48,002 nt of DNA from Eubacteriales bacterium (GTDB lineage Bacteria; Bacillota; Clostridia; Oscillospirales; CAG-272). A program made the position numbers and the translations under genes. The notes under the pieces were generated by a model. That model did no database searches. It saw only the letters and a program-made list of their open reading frames with translations, and was not told where the DNA came from. Positions 28,058 through 38,171 of this stretch are shown piece by piece; the first letter of the stretch is position 1; each line of letters opens with the position of its first letter. The DNA lies in assembly GCA_045634705.1 (NCBI GenBank), contig JAZRAU010000082.1, positions 1-48,002 on the forward strand, given 5' to 3'.

Positions 28058-28855
28058 TTATGGGTTGCCGTTGGCAACCTCCTTGTAGAATTGCAGGGTC
28101 TTAAAGCCGCGCTCCAAGTGATTCAGGAGATATTCCTCAGCGGCGTGAGAAAGGTGGCGCATATCCTCCTCCCCAAGGCGGAAGGAAAAGAGGCGCTCAA
28201 GAGGACAGGTGAGGATATATTGCAGGGCGGCACGCGAGGCCGGTGTCAGAATACAGAGAAGCGATCGCGTGCGCGCCGCAAAATCATCCTCGTGTCGCGG
28301 CAGCTCCCGCTCGACCGAGGAATGGCATTCCGAGCAAACGAGTGAGCCGTTCATAACGTCAAGCAGCATATCCCCCTCAGCGGTGCCGCACAAAAGGCAG
28401 GCGGAAAGCTCAGGCAGGTAGCCGAGCACGGCTGCCGTGCGGAATTCAAACGCCGCCTTGATGATGGGGAGAGGGTACTTGTTGTTGGCAATGGCGTAAA
28501 GAGAGTTGAGCGCTGTCCGCAGGATCTCGGGATCGGGTTGCTCGGGCACGGTAACGTCCCCCGCCACCTCACAGATGTAATTGGCAAGCGCCGTATTGAC
28601 AATATCAAGGCGAAGTTCATAAAAGCTCTCGATCAACTCCACCTCCCGCACCCAAAAGCGCTCACGGCGCGATTCCAGCACAAAGAATGCGTAGCAAAAG
28701 AGCTGAGAAGCGGCAAGATAGCGGCTTTTGAGCGATCGGCTGCCATTAGCAACGGCCGTGACAAGCCCGCGCTCGGCAGTCAGGATCGTGAGGAGCTTGT
28801 CACTCCCCGAAAGATCCACAGTGCGCACAACAAGGCCGCGGACCTCATACGTCAT
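28058..28855 (-). CDS. recO: DNA repair protein RecO
   Basis: MTYEVRGLVVRTVDLSGSDKLLTILT (OB fold) and a zinc module CLLCG...CSEC. The ATG at 28855 immediately follows the era stop. The longer ORF, to 28894, overlaps era. Confidence 0.88.
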   Translation of the reverse strand: MTYEVRGLVVRTVDLSGSDKLLTILTAERGLVTAVANGSRSLKSRYLAASQLFCYAFFVLESRRERFWVREVELIESFYELRLDIVNTALANYICEVAGDVTVPEQPDPEILRTALNSLYAIANNKYPLPIIKAAFEFRTAAVLGYLPELSACLLCGTAEGDMLLDVMNGSLVCSECHSSVERELPRHEDDFAARTRSLLCILTPASRAALQYILTCPLERLFSFRLGEEDMRHLSHAAEEYLLNHLERGFKTLQFYKEVANGNP

Positions 28856-28856
28856 A

Positions 28857-29741
28857 TCATTCCTCTTTATAACCGAAATTGCGGACGGCAACATCGCTGT
28901 CTCGCCAGTTCTCCTTCACCTTGATCCAAAGATCAAGAAAGACCTTGATACCAAAGAACTTCTCAAGATCCTCACGCGCGTAAGTACCGATCGTTTTCAG
29001 CGTGGCGCCGTGCTTACCGATGATGATCCCTTTATGCGAGGCCTTCTCACAGAAGATCTCGGCGCGAATGGAGAGCAGCTTCTCCTCCTCGCGGAATTCC
29101 TCGATCATCACCGCAACGCCGTGAGGGATCTCCTCCTCAAGCACGCGCAAAAGCTTTTCACGTATGACCTCCGCGGCAATCTGGCGCTCGGGCTGGTCGG
29201 TCAGAGCATCGCTCGGGAAGAAAAAGTCGCTCTCTGCAAGGTATCCTTTACATTCATCAAGAAGAATGTCAATGCCCTTGCCGTTTTTTGCGCACATTGG
29301 AACCACGGCATCAAAATCGTAGGCCGCAGCATACGAGGCAATGGTTTTTGCGATATGCTCACGGCTGGTGGCATCGATCTTATTGACGGCAAGGATCGCG
29401 GGGATGCGTGCGGCACGCAGCTTATCGATGATACCGGCTTCAATGTCCCCCACCTCGTCTCGCGGCTCGATCACAAGGATCGCCGCATCGGCCTCACCGA
29501 GCGTGTCGCCCGCGGCCTTGACCATATAATCGCCAAGCCTTGTGCGGGGGCGGTGAACGCCGGGGGTATCAAGGAAAACGTACTGATCCTCACCCACCGT
29601 GTGAATTCCCGTGATGCGGTTGCGCGTGGTTTGCGGCTTCTTGGAAACAATGGCCACCTTCTCACCGAGAATGGCATTGAGAAGCGTGGATTTTCCCACG
29701 TTCGGGCGGCCGACGATAGCAATAAAGGCGGTTCTTGTCAT
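28857..29741 (-). CDS. era: GTPase Era
   Basis: 294 aa with G1 motif [22 protein letters not shown], and a C-terminal KH domain. Confidence 0.93.
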   Translation of the reverse strand: MTRTAFIAIVGRPNVGKSTLLNAILGEKVAIVSKKPQTTRNRITGIHTVGEDQYVFLDTPGVHRPRTRLGDYMVKAAGDTLGEADAAILVIEPRDEVGDIEAGIIDKLRAARIPAILAVNKIDATSREHIAKTIASYAAAYDFDAVVPMCAKNGKGIDILLDECKGYLAESDFFFPSDALTDQPERQIAAEVIREKLLRVLEEEIPHGVAVMIEEFREEEKLLSIRAEIFCEKASHKGIIIGKHGATLKTIGTYAREDLEKFFGIKVFLDLWIKVKENWRDSDVAVRNFGYKEE

Positions 29742-29744
29742 AAT

Positions 29745-30260
29745 TTACTCTCCTAACCCCATTTTTCCGAGGATCTCCCTCTGACGGCGGCACATATCCT
29801 CATCCTCCTCGGCCCCTCTTTCGTGGTCGTAGCCTAAAAGGTGGAGGGTGGAATGGATGCAGAGAAAGGCGATCTCACGGTCGGTGGAGTGGCCAAGCTC
29901 AGCCGCCTGCTCCGCGGCACGTTCTACTGAAAGAACAATGTCACCCAGGGTAACGGTCTCCCCGTCGGCATCGCCGTCCTTCGGAAGCTCGTCCGCCTCA
30001 TACATCGGGAAGGAAAGAACGTCAGTGGCTGCATCCTTCTCGCGATATTCGCGGTTCAGCATACGAATGTGCGCGTTGTCGCACAGCGTTACCGAGACCT
30101 CGGAATCAAAGAAAATGCGCTCGTGGAACAGGGTCTCCTCAATCGCGTCACGGATCAGAAGCTTGCGACGGTAGGAAAGCGGTCCGCCCTCCCCTTCCAC
30201 AGAAAAATCAATGAAGAGGCGGGGGCCGCAGGGGGTGTAGTGTCGGATATACTCTTTCAT
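29745..30260 (-). CDS. ybeY: rRNA maturation endoribonuclease YbeY
   Basis: 171 aa with the zinc motif HSTLHLLGYDH. It lies between phoH and era. Confidence 0.9.
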   Translation of the reverse strand: MKEYIRHYTPCGPRLFIDFSVEGEGGPLSYRRKLLIRDAIEETLFHERIFFDSEVSVTLCDNAHIRMLNREYREKDAATDVLSFPMYEADELPKDGDADGETVTLGDIVLSVERAAEQAAELGHSTDREIAFLCIHSTLHLLGYDHERGAEEDEDMCRRQREILGKMGLGE

Positions 30261-31288
30261 AGCTTGTCCTTATACTGTTTTTTCACGGTTATGGTCCGTG
30301 TGCCCGTTTTTCTTTCTTCGCTCCCGTAGCGCTCGTACGCCTTGATGATGCTTTGTACCAGGCGGTGGCGCACCACGTCACGCTCGGTGAAGCGGTGAAT
30401 GGCGATCCCATCAATGCCGCCGAGGATCCTCTCGGCCACGGCAAGGCCGCTTTTCTTTCCGTCGGGAAGGTCAGTCTGTGAGGGATCCCCCGTCACGACC
30501 ATACGCGAGTTGTGACCGAGACGGGTGAGAAACATCTTCATCTGCTCAACGGTGGTGTTTTGCGCCTCGTCAAGAATGATATAAGAATCGTCAAGCGTAC
30601 GGCCACGCATATAGGCTAAAGGCGCGATCTCGATCGCACCGCGCTCCACCTGCCTCGCGTAATTCTCCGCCCCCAGCATTTCAAAAAGCGAATCGTAAAG
30701 CGGGCGGAGATAGGGATCGATCTTACTCTGCAGATCCCCGGGGAGAAAGCCGAGGCGCTCCCCCGCCTCCACCGCGGGCCGTGTGAGAATGATGCGATCG
30801 GCCTGCTTATTGCGGAGCGCCTCAACCGCCATGGCCACAGCAAGGAAGGTCTTACCCGTGCCCGCGGGGCCAAGGCCGAAGGTGACAGTGCTTTTTCGGA
30901 TAGCCTCCACGTATCGCCGTTGCCCCGCCGTTTTCGGGCGAATGGGCTTGCCGCGGCTGGTAATAGCGATCACAGTACCGTCCAACGCCTCAAGATCCTC
31001 ACCGGCACCGGCGCTTATGGTCTCAATGACGTAATCCACGGTCTGATCTTCCAGATAATCCCCCGCCGTTACCATGCGCGAAAGGTATTCCACCACTCGG
31101 GCCGCGCCCTCCACGGCGGCGGCATCCTCGCCGCTGATGATGACGGCGTCCCCCGCATCTACTCCGCCGCTCTTATTTTCAAGGCGTACGGAAAAACGAT
31201 CTTCTATGCGCCGGGCATTTTCGTCTCCCGTACCGAAAACGGCGGCCGTTACGGCTCCGTCACGAATGCATATAAGCTTTTGTGGCAT
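30257..31288 (-). CDS. phoH: PhoH-family ATPase
   Basis: 343 aa with Walker A GPAGTGKTFLAVAMA and ILDEAQN. The start overlaps the yqfD end region, as in the Bacillus yqfC-yqfD-phoH cluster. Confidence 0.9.
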   Translation of the reverse strand: MPQKLICIRDGAVTAAVFGTGDENARRIEDRFSVRLENKSGGVDAGDAVIISGEDAAAVEGAARVVEYLSRMVTAGDYLEDQTVDYVIETISAGAGEDLEALDGTVIAITSRGKPIRPKTAGQRRYVEAIRKSTVTFGLGPAGTGKTFLAVAMAVEALRNKQADRIILTRPAVEAGERLGFLPGDLQSKIDPYLRPLYDSLFEMLGAENYARQVERGAIEIAPLAYMRGRTLDDSYIILDEAQNTTVEQMKMFLTRLGHNSRMVVTGDPSQTDLPDGKKSGLAVAERILGGIDGIAIHRFTERDVVRHRLVQSIIKAYERYGSEERKTGTRTITVKKQYKDKL

Positions 31289-31290
31289 AG

Positions 31291-32463
31291 TTAACCTCCG
31301 GAAAGGTCACTTTGGTAGGCCAGCGGAGCGGCAATATCGATCACGCAATCCACGTCACAGCGGATATGAAAGCCGCTGTCCGTAAATTCTCCCGTAAAGC
31401 TTTCGGCAAGCACCTCGGCCCCTGCAAGTTGTGCCGCAAGGAGCCCCCGCATACGGACAAAGGCTGCACGCACCGCCTCCTCCTCGGTCAACGTCACGCG
31501 CCTTTCCTCATACGGCAGAGCGTATTCCCACGAAAGCGTGATCGGAAGGCGAATGACGCCAAACAAAGTGAGCTGTTCTTTCCTCTTTATTATATCATAC
31601 TCACCCTCACTTTTTCCACCGGATTTGAAAAGTTTTATCTCTCTTCCAAAGAAATTCATCGAAAAACTTGCTTTTTGCCGCTTTCCGTACTCCTTGACCG
31701 TCTCATAAAACGGCTGCGAAAGCTCCACCGTCTGTCTCACTCGGCCACGAACCTCCCCCTCAGCCGAGGCACTCACAACGCCCGATGCCGTGCGGTAGAT
31801 CCCGCTGATAAGAAGGTCCCCCTGTCTCACCGTCATTCCCTTGGTTACGGCGGCTCGCCCCACCTTGGCCGTTACGCTCTCAACAATGGCATCGGAGGTC
31901 GCCACAAGATTAAAAAGCCCCTCGTCCTCGGACGGCGGTACGTAAGGCGCCGCCTCCCTGACCTCGACCAAAACAGTGGTACCCCTTACGTAGATCGACA
32001 CAAAAGAAAGCGTGGGTTCGGCCTCCAACACCCGTGTCCGCACCGCCGCGGTATCCACCGTGGGCGTAAAGGCTCCCACCCCAAGTCCTGCCTCAGCCAC
32101 AGCCTCCTCGATCTCAAGCGATGTAAGCTCCTCGTTTCCAATGACCTCCACGCGCCAAACCGTCAGCGAGGATAGTGTAAAGATCAGGATGCCGAGCAGT
32201 GTGCCGAGGATCAATCCCGGGCGGCGAAAAAGTCTGCGGACAAGGAGCCCGAGGCCGCCACGGCGCAGCAGCGTACAGGGAAGATCCTTGGGAAGGCGCA
32301 GAAGATCGCGGGCAAGGACCGTGATGCAGGTCGCGTCGCCGTTATCGCCTTGTCCGTAAATACCAAGCCCCCGCTGAAGAAAGGCGCTATAGACCGCCGC
32401 TTTTTGGGATGTGGGAAAGGTGAGGATTGCGTATCCCCATAGATAGAGCCAAAGGCGCTTCAT
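31291..32463 (-). CDS. yqfD: sporulation protein YqfD
   Basis: 390 aa with one central TM segment (LILGTLLGILIFTLSSLTVW). It shows YqfD-like repeats and a conserved position between yqfC and phoH. Confidence 0.78.
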   Translation of the reverse strand: MKRLWLYLWGYAILTFPTSQKAAVYSAFLQRGLGIYGQGDNGDATCITVLARDLLRLPKDLPCTLLRRGGLGLLVRRLFRRPGLILGTLLGILIFTLSSLTVWRVEVIGNEELTSLEIEEAVAEAGLGVGAFTPTVDTAAVRTRVLEAEPTLSFVSIYVRGTTVLVEVREAAPYVPPSEDEGLFNLVATSDAIVESVTAKVGRAAVTKGMTVRQGDLLISGIYRTASGVVSASAEGEVRGRVRQTVELSQPFYETVKEYGKRQKASFSMNFFGREIKLFKSGGKSEGEYDIIKRKEQLTLFGVIRLPITLSWEYALPYEERRVTLTEEEAVRAAFVRMRGLLAAQLAGAEVLAESFTGEFTDSGFHIRCDVDCVIDIAAPLAYQSDLSGG

Positions 32464-32771
32464 CGTCCCACCCCTCCTTTTTCAAATAAAACCGAGGAAA
32501 CATCCCCGCTGACCTCGGCAACACCGCCCTCGTAAGTTAGGCAGGCAAGCTCGTCACCGCGCAGAATAAGGCGAAGGCTCCGTAGGGTGAAAATCACCTC
32601 ATCCTCCGTGCAGGACAGAATCCTGTCGGCGCCGCTGATGAGAAGGCGCTGATGCCCCCCTTCCCCATACATCTCCACGCGATATCCGCCGCCGACAAGT
32701 GAGGCACCGTCAAACGGCATCATCATACGCGCGATGAAGGAGGGGCGCGACTTTCTTTTTTTCTTCTGCAT
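32460..32771 (-). CDS. yqfC: sporulation protein YqfC
   Basis: 103 aa with the pattern ...RILSCTEDEVIFTL...LILRGDELACLTYEGGVAEVSG. It is coupled to yqfD by a 4-nt overlap. Confidence 0.72.
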   Translation of the reverse strand: MQKKKRKSRPSFIARMMMPFDGASLVGGGYRVEMYGEGGHQRLLISGADRILSCTEDEVIFTLRSLRLILRGDELACLTYEGGVAEVSGDVSSVLFEKGGVGR

Positions 32772-32840
32772 ATTCTTCCCTCACGGTGATAAATTCAGCA
32801 AAAATCCTGTATATTATAGTATGAAATCGGAGGGTGGGAA

Positions 32841-33743
32841 ATGACGGGTATACGCAAAAAGCAACTTCTTTTAGCAGGAAGCGTTCTCACGGTTTTCCTT
32901 TTTCTTTTATTGGGAGAGACCGTCACGGAGGCTGTGCGCGGTGGCCTGCATCTTTGCGCCAAAGCCGTGATTCCCTCGCTTTTTCCCTTTCTTGTCCTTT
33001 CGGGGATAGTAACGCCTCTCCTGAAAGAGGTCTCGATTCCCCTTGACAATCTCTTTGCGCGCATTTTCCACCTGCCAAGGATCGGCCTTGCCCCCTGCCT
33101 TATCGGTGCCCTTTGCGGCTTTCCTATCGGGGTGCGGACCGTGGCCGAGCTTTATCGAGAGGGAGTTATAAAAAAAGAGGAAGCCGTCCGTCTGGCTTCT
33201 CTTGCCGCCAATACCGGCCCGGCCTTTGCTGTGGCAGCTATCGGCCAAGCGCTTTTCGGCAGCACCCGACTTGGCTGGCAATTGTATTTCATACAGCTCT
33301 TATCTTCGTTCCTTTTGGGGGTTTTTGAAGCGAAGGGGGCGCCCCCTTCGGTATCCCAAGCTCCCCCTTTTTTTGGCACACTGCCCTTCTCACTGCCTGA
33401 GGCGATCTACCGCGCCGCACTGACTATGCTCACCGTTACAGGGACCGTAGTTTTTTTCTCGGCACTTGCATCCATTCCCGCCCTCCTTCTGCCGCCGTGG
33501 CTCTCAGCCCTACTTTCGGCCTTCCTTGAGATAGGAACAGGAACGGCCGCCGCCGCGCGACTTCCGCGGGCCTTGGGAATACCGATCGCCGCCTTCGCGC
33601 TTTCCTTTTCGGGGCTTTCAGTGCTTTTGCAAAGCAGCGCCGAGCTGTCCCCGGCGCACCTGCCCTCACGCCCGCTTTACCGAAGAAAGCTTTGGCAGGG
33701 GCTGCTCTCATCGCTATTATCGCTCCCCTTGGTTTGGATATAA
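32841..33743 (+). CDS. YlbJ-like sporulation integral membrane protein (nucleoside-recognition/Gate-type domain)
   Basis: 300 aa, polytopic. The N-terminal block AVRGGLHLCAKAVIPSLFPFLVLSGIV resembles the YlbJ family. The assignment is by motif memory only. Confidence 0.5.
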   Translation: MTGIRKKQLLLAGSVLTVFLFLLLGETVTEAVRGGLHLCAKAVIPSLFPFLVLSGIVTPLLKEVSIPLDNLFARIFHLPRIGLAPCLIGALCGFPIGVRTVAELYREGVIKKEEAVRLASLAANTGPAFAVAAIGQALFGSTRLGWQLYFIQLLSSFLLGVFEAKGAPPSVSQAPPFFGTLPFSLPEAIYRAALTMLTVTGTVVFFSALASIPALLLPPWLSALLSAFLEIGTGTAAAARLPRALGIPIAAFALSFSGLSVLLQSSAELSPAHLPSRPLYRRKLWQGLLSSLLSLPLVWI

Positions 33744-33783
33744 AAAAGCGGTGTGCCTGCCAAAGCGGGCACACCACAATTTT
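33742..33783. terminator. bidirectional terminator between the ylbJ-like gene and the PEP carboxykinase gene
   Basis: An 8-bp stem, GGTGTGCC (33750..33757) / GGCACACC (33768..33775). An A6 run precedes it and a short T-run follows it. Confidence 0.55.
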
Positions 33784-33791
33784 CTGAAATA

Positions 33792-35574
33792 TTAGCCGAG
33801 GCGCGCCTCAAGAGCGGCAAGCTCCTCGTACATGGTGGCGGGAACGTGATCGCCAACCTGAGCGTAAAACTCCTTGATATTGGCAACGTCCGCCTTCCAG
33901 GACTCGGCGTCCACGGAAAGGAGATCGGCAATGGTATCGGTCGTGATGTCCAGCCCCTCCACATTGATGTCCTCGGGATTCGGGACGTAACCGATCGCAG
34001 TCTCCTTAGCATCGACCTTACCCTCGCAACGGGCAAGGATCCAAAGAAGGACGCGCATATTGTCACCAAAGCCGGGCCAGATGAAGTGTCCCTCGTCATC
34101 GGTACGGAACCAGTTGACGTGGAAGATCATCGGCGGGTTGGGGATCTTTTTGCCCATATCGAGCCAGTGCTGCCAGTAGTCACCCATGTTGTAGCCAACA
34201 AAGGGACGCATGGCCATAGGATCGCGGCGGACAACGCCGACGGCGCCGGCAGCGGCAGCGGTGGTCTCCGAGGCCATGATCGAGCCGACGAAGGAGCCGT
34301 GCTGCCAGTTGAAGGACTGGTACACCAGGGGAGCCGTCTTAGCGCGGCGGCCACCAAAGACGATGGCAGAGACCGGAACACCCTTCAGGCCGTTGAACTC
34401 AGGCGAGATGCAGGGGCAGTTGGCGGCAAGAGCCGTGAAGCGCGAGTTGGGATGCGCGCCGCAGGTGGACTTATCCTTCTTATCGTACTTGGTGCAATCC
34501 CAAGGATTGCCCTTCCAGTCGATGGCGTTACCGGGAGTGGGAGGATTGTCATTGAGACCTTCCCACCACACGGTGTTGTTCTTCGTATCGTGAACCACGT
34601 TCGTAAAGATCGTATCACGCATCGTGGTAGCCAGAGCGTTGGGGTTGGACTTTTCGTTGGTGCCGGGGGCAACGCCGAAGAAGCCGTTCTCGGGGTTGAC
34701 GGCCCAAAGTCTGCCGTCCTCACCGACGCGCAGCCAGGCAATATCGTCGCCCACACACTCAACCTCATAGCCCTCCTTCTTGTAAACAGCGGGAGGAATG
34801 AGCATGGCAAGGTTGGTCTTACCGCAGGCCGAGGGGAATGCCGCGGTGATATACTTTTTCTCGCCGTTCGGGTACTTGACGCCGAGGATCAGCATATGCT
34901 CGGCCATCCAGCCCTCCTTACGGCCAAGGTAAGAGGCAATACGCAGGGCAAAGCACTTCTTACCGAGCAAAACGTTTCCGCCGTAGCCCGAGTTGACGGA
35001 CATAATGGTGTTGTCCTGAGGGAAGTGAGTGATATAGCGGTTCTCCTCATCGATGTCGGCACGCGCGTGCAGGCCCTTGATGTAATCGGGGCTGTCACCC
35101 AGCGCCTCAAGGACGTTCACACCGACACGCGTCATGATCAGCATGTTAAGAACAACGTAGATCGAGTCGGTCAGCTCAATGCCATACTTGGCAAAGTCGG
35201 AACCGACAACACCCATCGAGTAAGGGATTACGTACATGGTGCGCCCCTTCATCGAGCCGGTGTAAAGCTTTTTCAGCTTGGCGTACATCTCGGCAGGATC
35301 CATCCAGTTGTTGATGTTGCCCGCCTCCTCCTTGGTGGGGGTGCAGATGTAGGTTCTGCCCTCAACGCGCGCAACGTCATTGATCGCAGTGCGGTGCAGG
35401 TAGCAGTTGGGGAGCAGCTCCTGGTTCAGCTTGATCAGCTCGCCGCTGGCGCACGCCTCGGCACGCAGGGCATCGGCCTGCTCCTCAGTCCCATCGATCC
35501 ATACGATCTTGTCGGGCTGAGTCATCGCGGCCATTTCTTCGATCCACTGATTGACATACTTGTTGGTGGTCATG
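33792..35574 (-). CDS. pckG: phosphoenolpyruvate carboxykinase (GTP-dependent)
   Basis: Kinase-1a loop AAFPSACGKTNLAML, plus NPENGFFGVAPGT and FHVNWFR. The ATG at 35574 lies 9 nt after AAGGAG. The longest ORF reaches 35654. Confidence 0.9.
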
Positions 35575-35625
35575 CTTCTTTCTCCTTGTGAAAATTGAAA
35601 ATGTAATAATACTACTTCATTTATC

Positions 35626-35654
35626 ATTATATCATACGCTTTTTTGTTTTGCAA
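35626..35654 (-). promoter_or_regulatory. sigma-A-type promoter candidate for the PEP carboxykinase gene
   Basis: Read on the minus strand: TTGCAA (35654..35649), a 17-nt spacer, then TATAAT (35631..35626). Confidence 0.5.
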
Positions 35655-35842
35655 GACAAAGGTGTGTATTTTTTCTTAATTTTCAATATATTCTTGGGCG
35701 CCAAGGAAAACTCTCCGCATAAAAGGCAAGCATACGATAAAAGGCGCCTCGCGCCACCCCATTTTATCCTTATTTGGTATTATTTGTATATTGCTCACAA
35801 ATTTCTCTTACAATTTTCGTCGTTTTTTCGGCACTTGGGGTG

Positions 35843-35871
35843 TTGAAAGCAGTGGAAATATGTGGTAAAAT
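35843..35871 (+). promoter_or_regulatory. sigma-A-type promoter candidate for spo0A
   Basis: TTGAAA (35843..35848), a 17-nt spacer, then TAAAAT (35866..35871), about 38 nt before the ATG. I could not recognise a convincing sigma-H promoter or 0A box. Confidence 0.4.
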
Positions 35872-35909
35872 AAATATATCCACAAATTACCAATTAAGGA
35901 GAAAAAACC

Positions 35910-36686
35910 ATGGACGTAACACGCAAGATACTCATAGCCGATGAAAGCGCCGATCAACGCCGGGCGCTCCGCGAAAACCTGCAGAAGGCAGGATACCGAA
36001 ACATTGAGGAGGCCGTCAACGGAGAGGACGCCCTCATTAAGATCGACAGGCTCCATCCCGACGTTGTCATTGTCGACCTTTGGCTTTCCAAGATCGACGG
36101 CATCGGTGTGATCCGTAACGCGAAGGGATTGCGCCACGCCTCCTTCCCTACCCCGATCTTTATTCTGGTATCGCTCATCTCCAATCAGAACATTTTTGTA
36201 GAGGCAACGGCTGCAGGCGCCGACTACTGCATTCTGAAGCCCTACGACTGCAAGGCGCTCATCACCGAGATCGAGGCAATTGCGACCCGAAAGGCCGCAC
36301 CGCAAAAAACGCTGACGGCAAAGCCGAGCGACCACGAGATCGAAACGCAGGTCACAAAGATCATCCACGAGATCGGGATCCCCGCGCACATCAAGGGCTA
36401 CCAGTATCTGCGTACCGCGATCATTATGACGATCAACGATAACGAGATCATTAACTCTGTAACCAAGGTGCTGTATCCCTCGGTGGCGAAGCGCTATCAG
36501 ACCACCACCAGCCGTGTGGAGCGGGCCATTCGCCATGCCATTGAGGTGGCGTGGGATCGAGGCGATATCGACACCCTGAATTCCTACTTCGGCTATACCA
36601 TTCAAAATAACCGAGGCAAGCCCACCAATTCTGAGTTTATTGCCATGATCGCCGATAATATGCGGCTGAAATACAAGTTATATTAA
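35910..36686 (+). CDS. spo0A: sporulation master regulator Spo0A
   Basis: The receiver domain shows [15 protein letters not shown] and ILKPY. The diagnostic Spo0A_C region is [21 protein letters not shown]...[32 protein letters not shown]...[10 protein letters not shown]. Confidence 0.95.
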   Translation: MDVTRKILIADESADQRRALRENLQKAGYRNIEEAVNGEDALIKIDRLHPDVVIVDLWLSKIDGIGVIRNAKGLRHASFPTPIFILVSLISNQNIFVEATAAGADYCILKPYDCKALITEIEAIATRKAAPQKTLTAKPSDHEIETQVTKIIHEIGIPAHIKGYQYLRTAIIMTINDNEIINSVTKVLYPSVAKRYQTTTSRVERAIRHAIEVAWDRGDIDTLNSYFGYTIQNNRGKPTNSEFIAMIADNMRLKYKLY

Positions 36687-36719
36687 AAGAAGGCCCCAGA
36701 TTTCGGGGCCTTCTTTATT
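36685..36719. terminator. bidirectional terminator between spo0A and the MBL hydrolase gene
   Basis: A perfect 9-bp stem, GAAGGCCCC (36688..36696) / GGGGCCTTC (36704..36712), with a 7-nt loop. It is flanked by AAAA and TTTATTT. Confidence 0.7.
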
Positions 36720-37566
36720 TGATCTTATAGAACTGCTTTCCGTCTCCGTAAAAGGTAATGTCGCCGTCCTTATCGGTGCGGAAGATGCTGACATCCGCCT
36801 CACGCAAGCGCAACAGGGTGGCGGAATGAGGGTGGCCGTAAGCGTTCCCCTCGCCGCAGGAGATGACGGCGTACCGAGGGGAAACCGCCCGAAGAAACTC
36901 CTCCGAAAGCGAGGTGGAGGAGCCGTGGTGTCCCACCTTAAGCAGTGTGGAGGACAGAGCCTCCTTAGGATACTTTGCGAGCATATCCGCCTCGGCCAGC
37001 GCGGTGGCATCCCCGGTCAGCATCAGGGAAAGCTCATCAAAAATCACGCGCATAACAATGCTATGGTCATTGAGGTCATCGTACCCCCGTCTTTCGGGAG
37101 ATAGTATCCTCAGCGAAAGATCCCCGTAGGTAAGGACCCGACCGTCATATGCCTCAATAACGCGTGTACTGCTCCCCTCCAGAGCATTCAAAAGCCCGGC
37201 AAAGACATCCCCCTCTTGAACAGCATACGGCATGAGACAGTCGCCAACGTCAAAGGCCTCAAGGACAGCCACCGCACCCCCGATGTGATCGGTGTGCGGG
37301 TGAGTAAGCACAAGGCAATCGATAGAGGAGACGCCCTGCCGCCGCAGAGCAGAAAGGACATCCTTTGTTACACGCTCATCGGCCTCGCCCGTATCGACAA
37401 GGACCGTGACCTCGGCGGTGCGGATAAGGATAGCATCCCCCTCACCAACGTCAATGAATTGCACGCGGATCTGTCCGTCCTCCACAGCGGCATCGCCGGA
37501 ACCACAGGAAAACAGCGAGCCAAGAAGGAGAAGCACGACAGAAAGAAGGCATAGAAAACGCTTCAT
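36715..37566 (-). CDS. secreted or lipoprotein MBL-fold hydrolase of the ComEC C-terminal (COG2333-like) type
   Basis: The sequence begins MKRFLCLLSVVLLLLGSLFSCGS, a signal peptide with a lipobox Cys. Intact metal motifs are FIDVGEGDAILI, LVLTHPHTDHIGG, TGD and KVGHHGS. The ATG at 37566 lies 1 nt after the recR stop. Confidence 0.8.
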   Translation of the reverse strand: MKRFLCLLSVVLLLLGSLFSCGSGDAAVEDGQIRVQFIDVGEGDAILIRTAEVTVLVDTGEADERVTKDVLSALRRQGVSSIDCLVLTHPHTDHIGGAVAVLEAFDVGDCLMPYAVQEGDVFAGLLNALEGSSTRVIEAYDGRVLTYGDLSLRILSPERRGYDDLNDHSIVMRVIFDELSLMLTGDATALAEADMLAKYPKEALSSTLLKVGHHGSSTSLSEEFLRAVSPRYAVISCGEGNAYGHPHSATLLRLREADVSIFRTDKDGDITFYGDGKQFYKIK

Positions 37567-37567
37567 T

Positions 37568-38170
37568 TTATGAGAGATCGCGGCGGCCGAGGAGAGCACG
37601 GTTAAGTGTGACCTCATCGGTGTATTCGAGGTTTCCGCCTACGGGAACGCCGTACGCAAGGCGCGACACCTTGACGTCATAGGACGACAGCACGCGCACA
37701 AGATACATGGCCGTTGCCTCCCCCTCCACATCGGGATCCGTGGCAACGATGACCTCCTTCACCTCGCCCTCCGCCACACGGTCGATAAGGCCGCGAATGC
37801 GGAGCGCATCGGGCGTTACGCCATGAACGGGAGAAAGAGCACCGCCAAGGACATGGTAGAGTCCGCGATACTCACGCACACGCTCAAAGGCAAGGATATC
37901 GCGCGCATTTTCCAAAACGCAAATGGTGGAGCGATCGCGCTCGGGATCGGCACAGATCGGACAAACATCCCCTGTGGAAAAGTTACCACAGACACGGCAG
38001 CTCCGAATGCTCCGCTTAGCATCCGTCACCGCTTCGGCAAAGGCCTCAGCCTCCTCATCGGAAAACGAGAGGACAGAAAACGCCATGCGCACAGCACTTT
38101 TGCCTCCAATGCCGGGCAGGCGACGGAACTGCTCGATCAGCCTTTGCAGGGGCTCTGCATATTCCATCAT
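37568..38170 (-). CDS. recR: recombination protein RecR
   Basis: 200 aa with an HhH motif (LPGIGGKSAVRMAF), the zinc finger CRVCGNFSTGDVCPIC, and a Toprim domain. Confidence 0.93.
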   Translation of the reverse strand: MMEYAEPLQRLIEQFRRLPGIGGKSAVRMAFSVLSFSDEEAEAFAEAVTDAKRSIRSCRVCGNFSTGDVCPICADPERDRSTICVLENARDILAFERVREYRGLYHVLGGALSPVHGVTPDALRIRGLIDRVAEGEVKEVIVATDPDVEGEATAMYLVRVLSSYDVKVSRLAYGVPVGGNLEYTDEVTLNRALLGRRDLS

Positions 38171-38171
38171 A

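Noticed and set aside
35655-35909. Spo0A 0A-boxes and a sigma-H promoter upstream of spo0A.
   Set aside because: The closest 0A-box-like heptamer (TTCGTCG at about 35816) has two mismatches to TTCGACA. I found no convincing AGGAWWT / GAAT sigma-H pair, so only a sigma-A-like promoter is reported.
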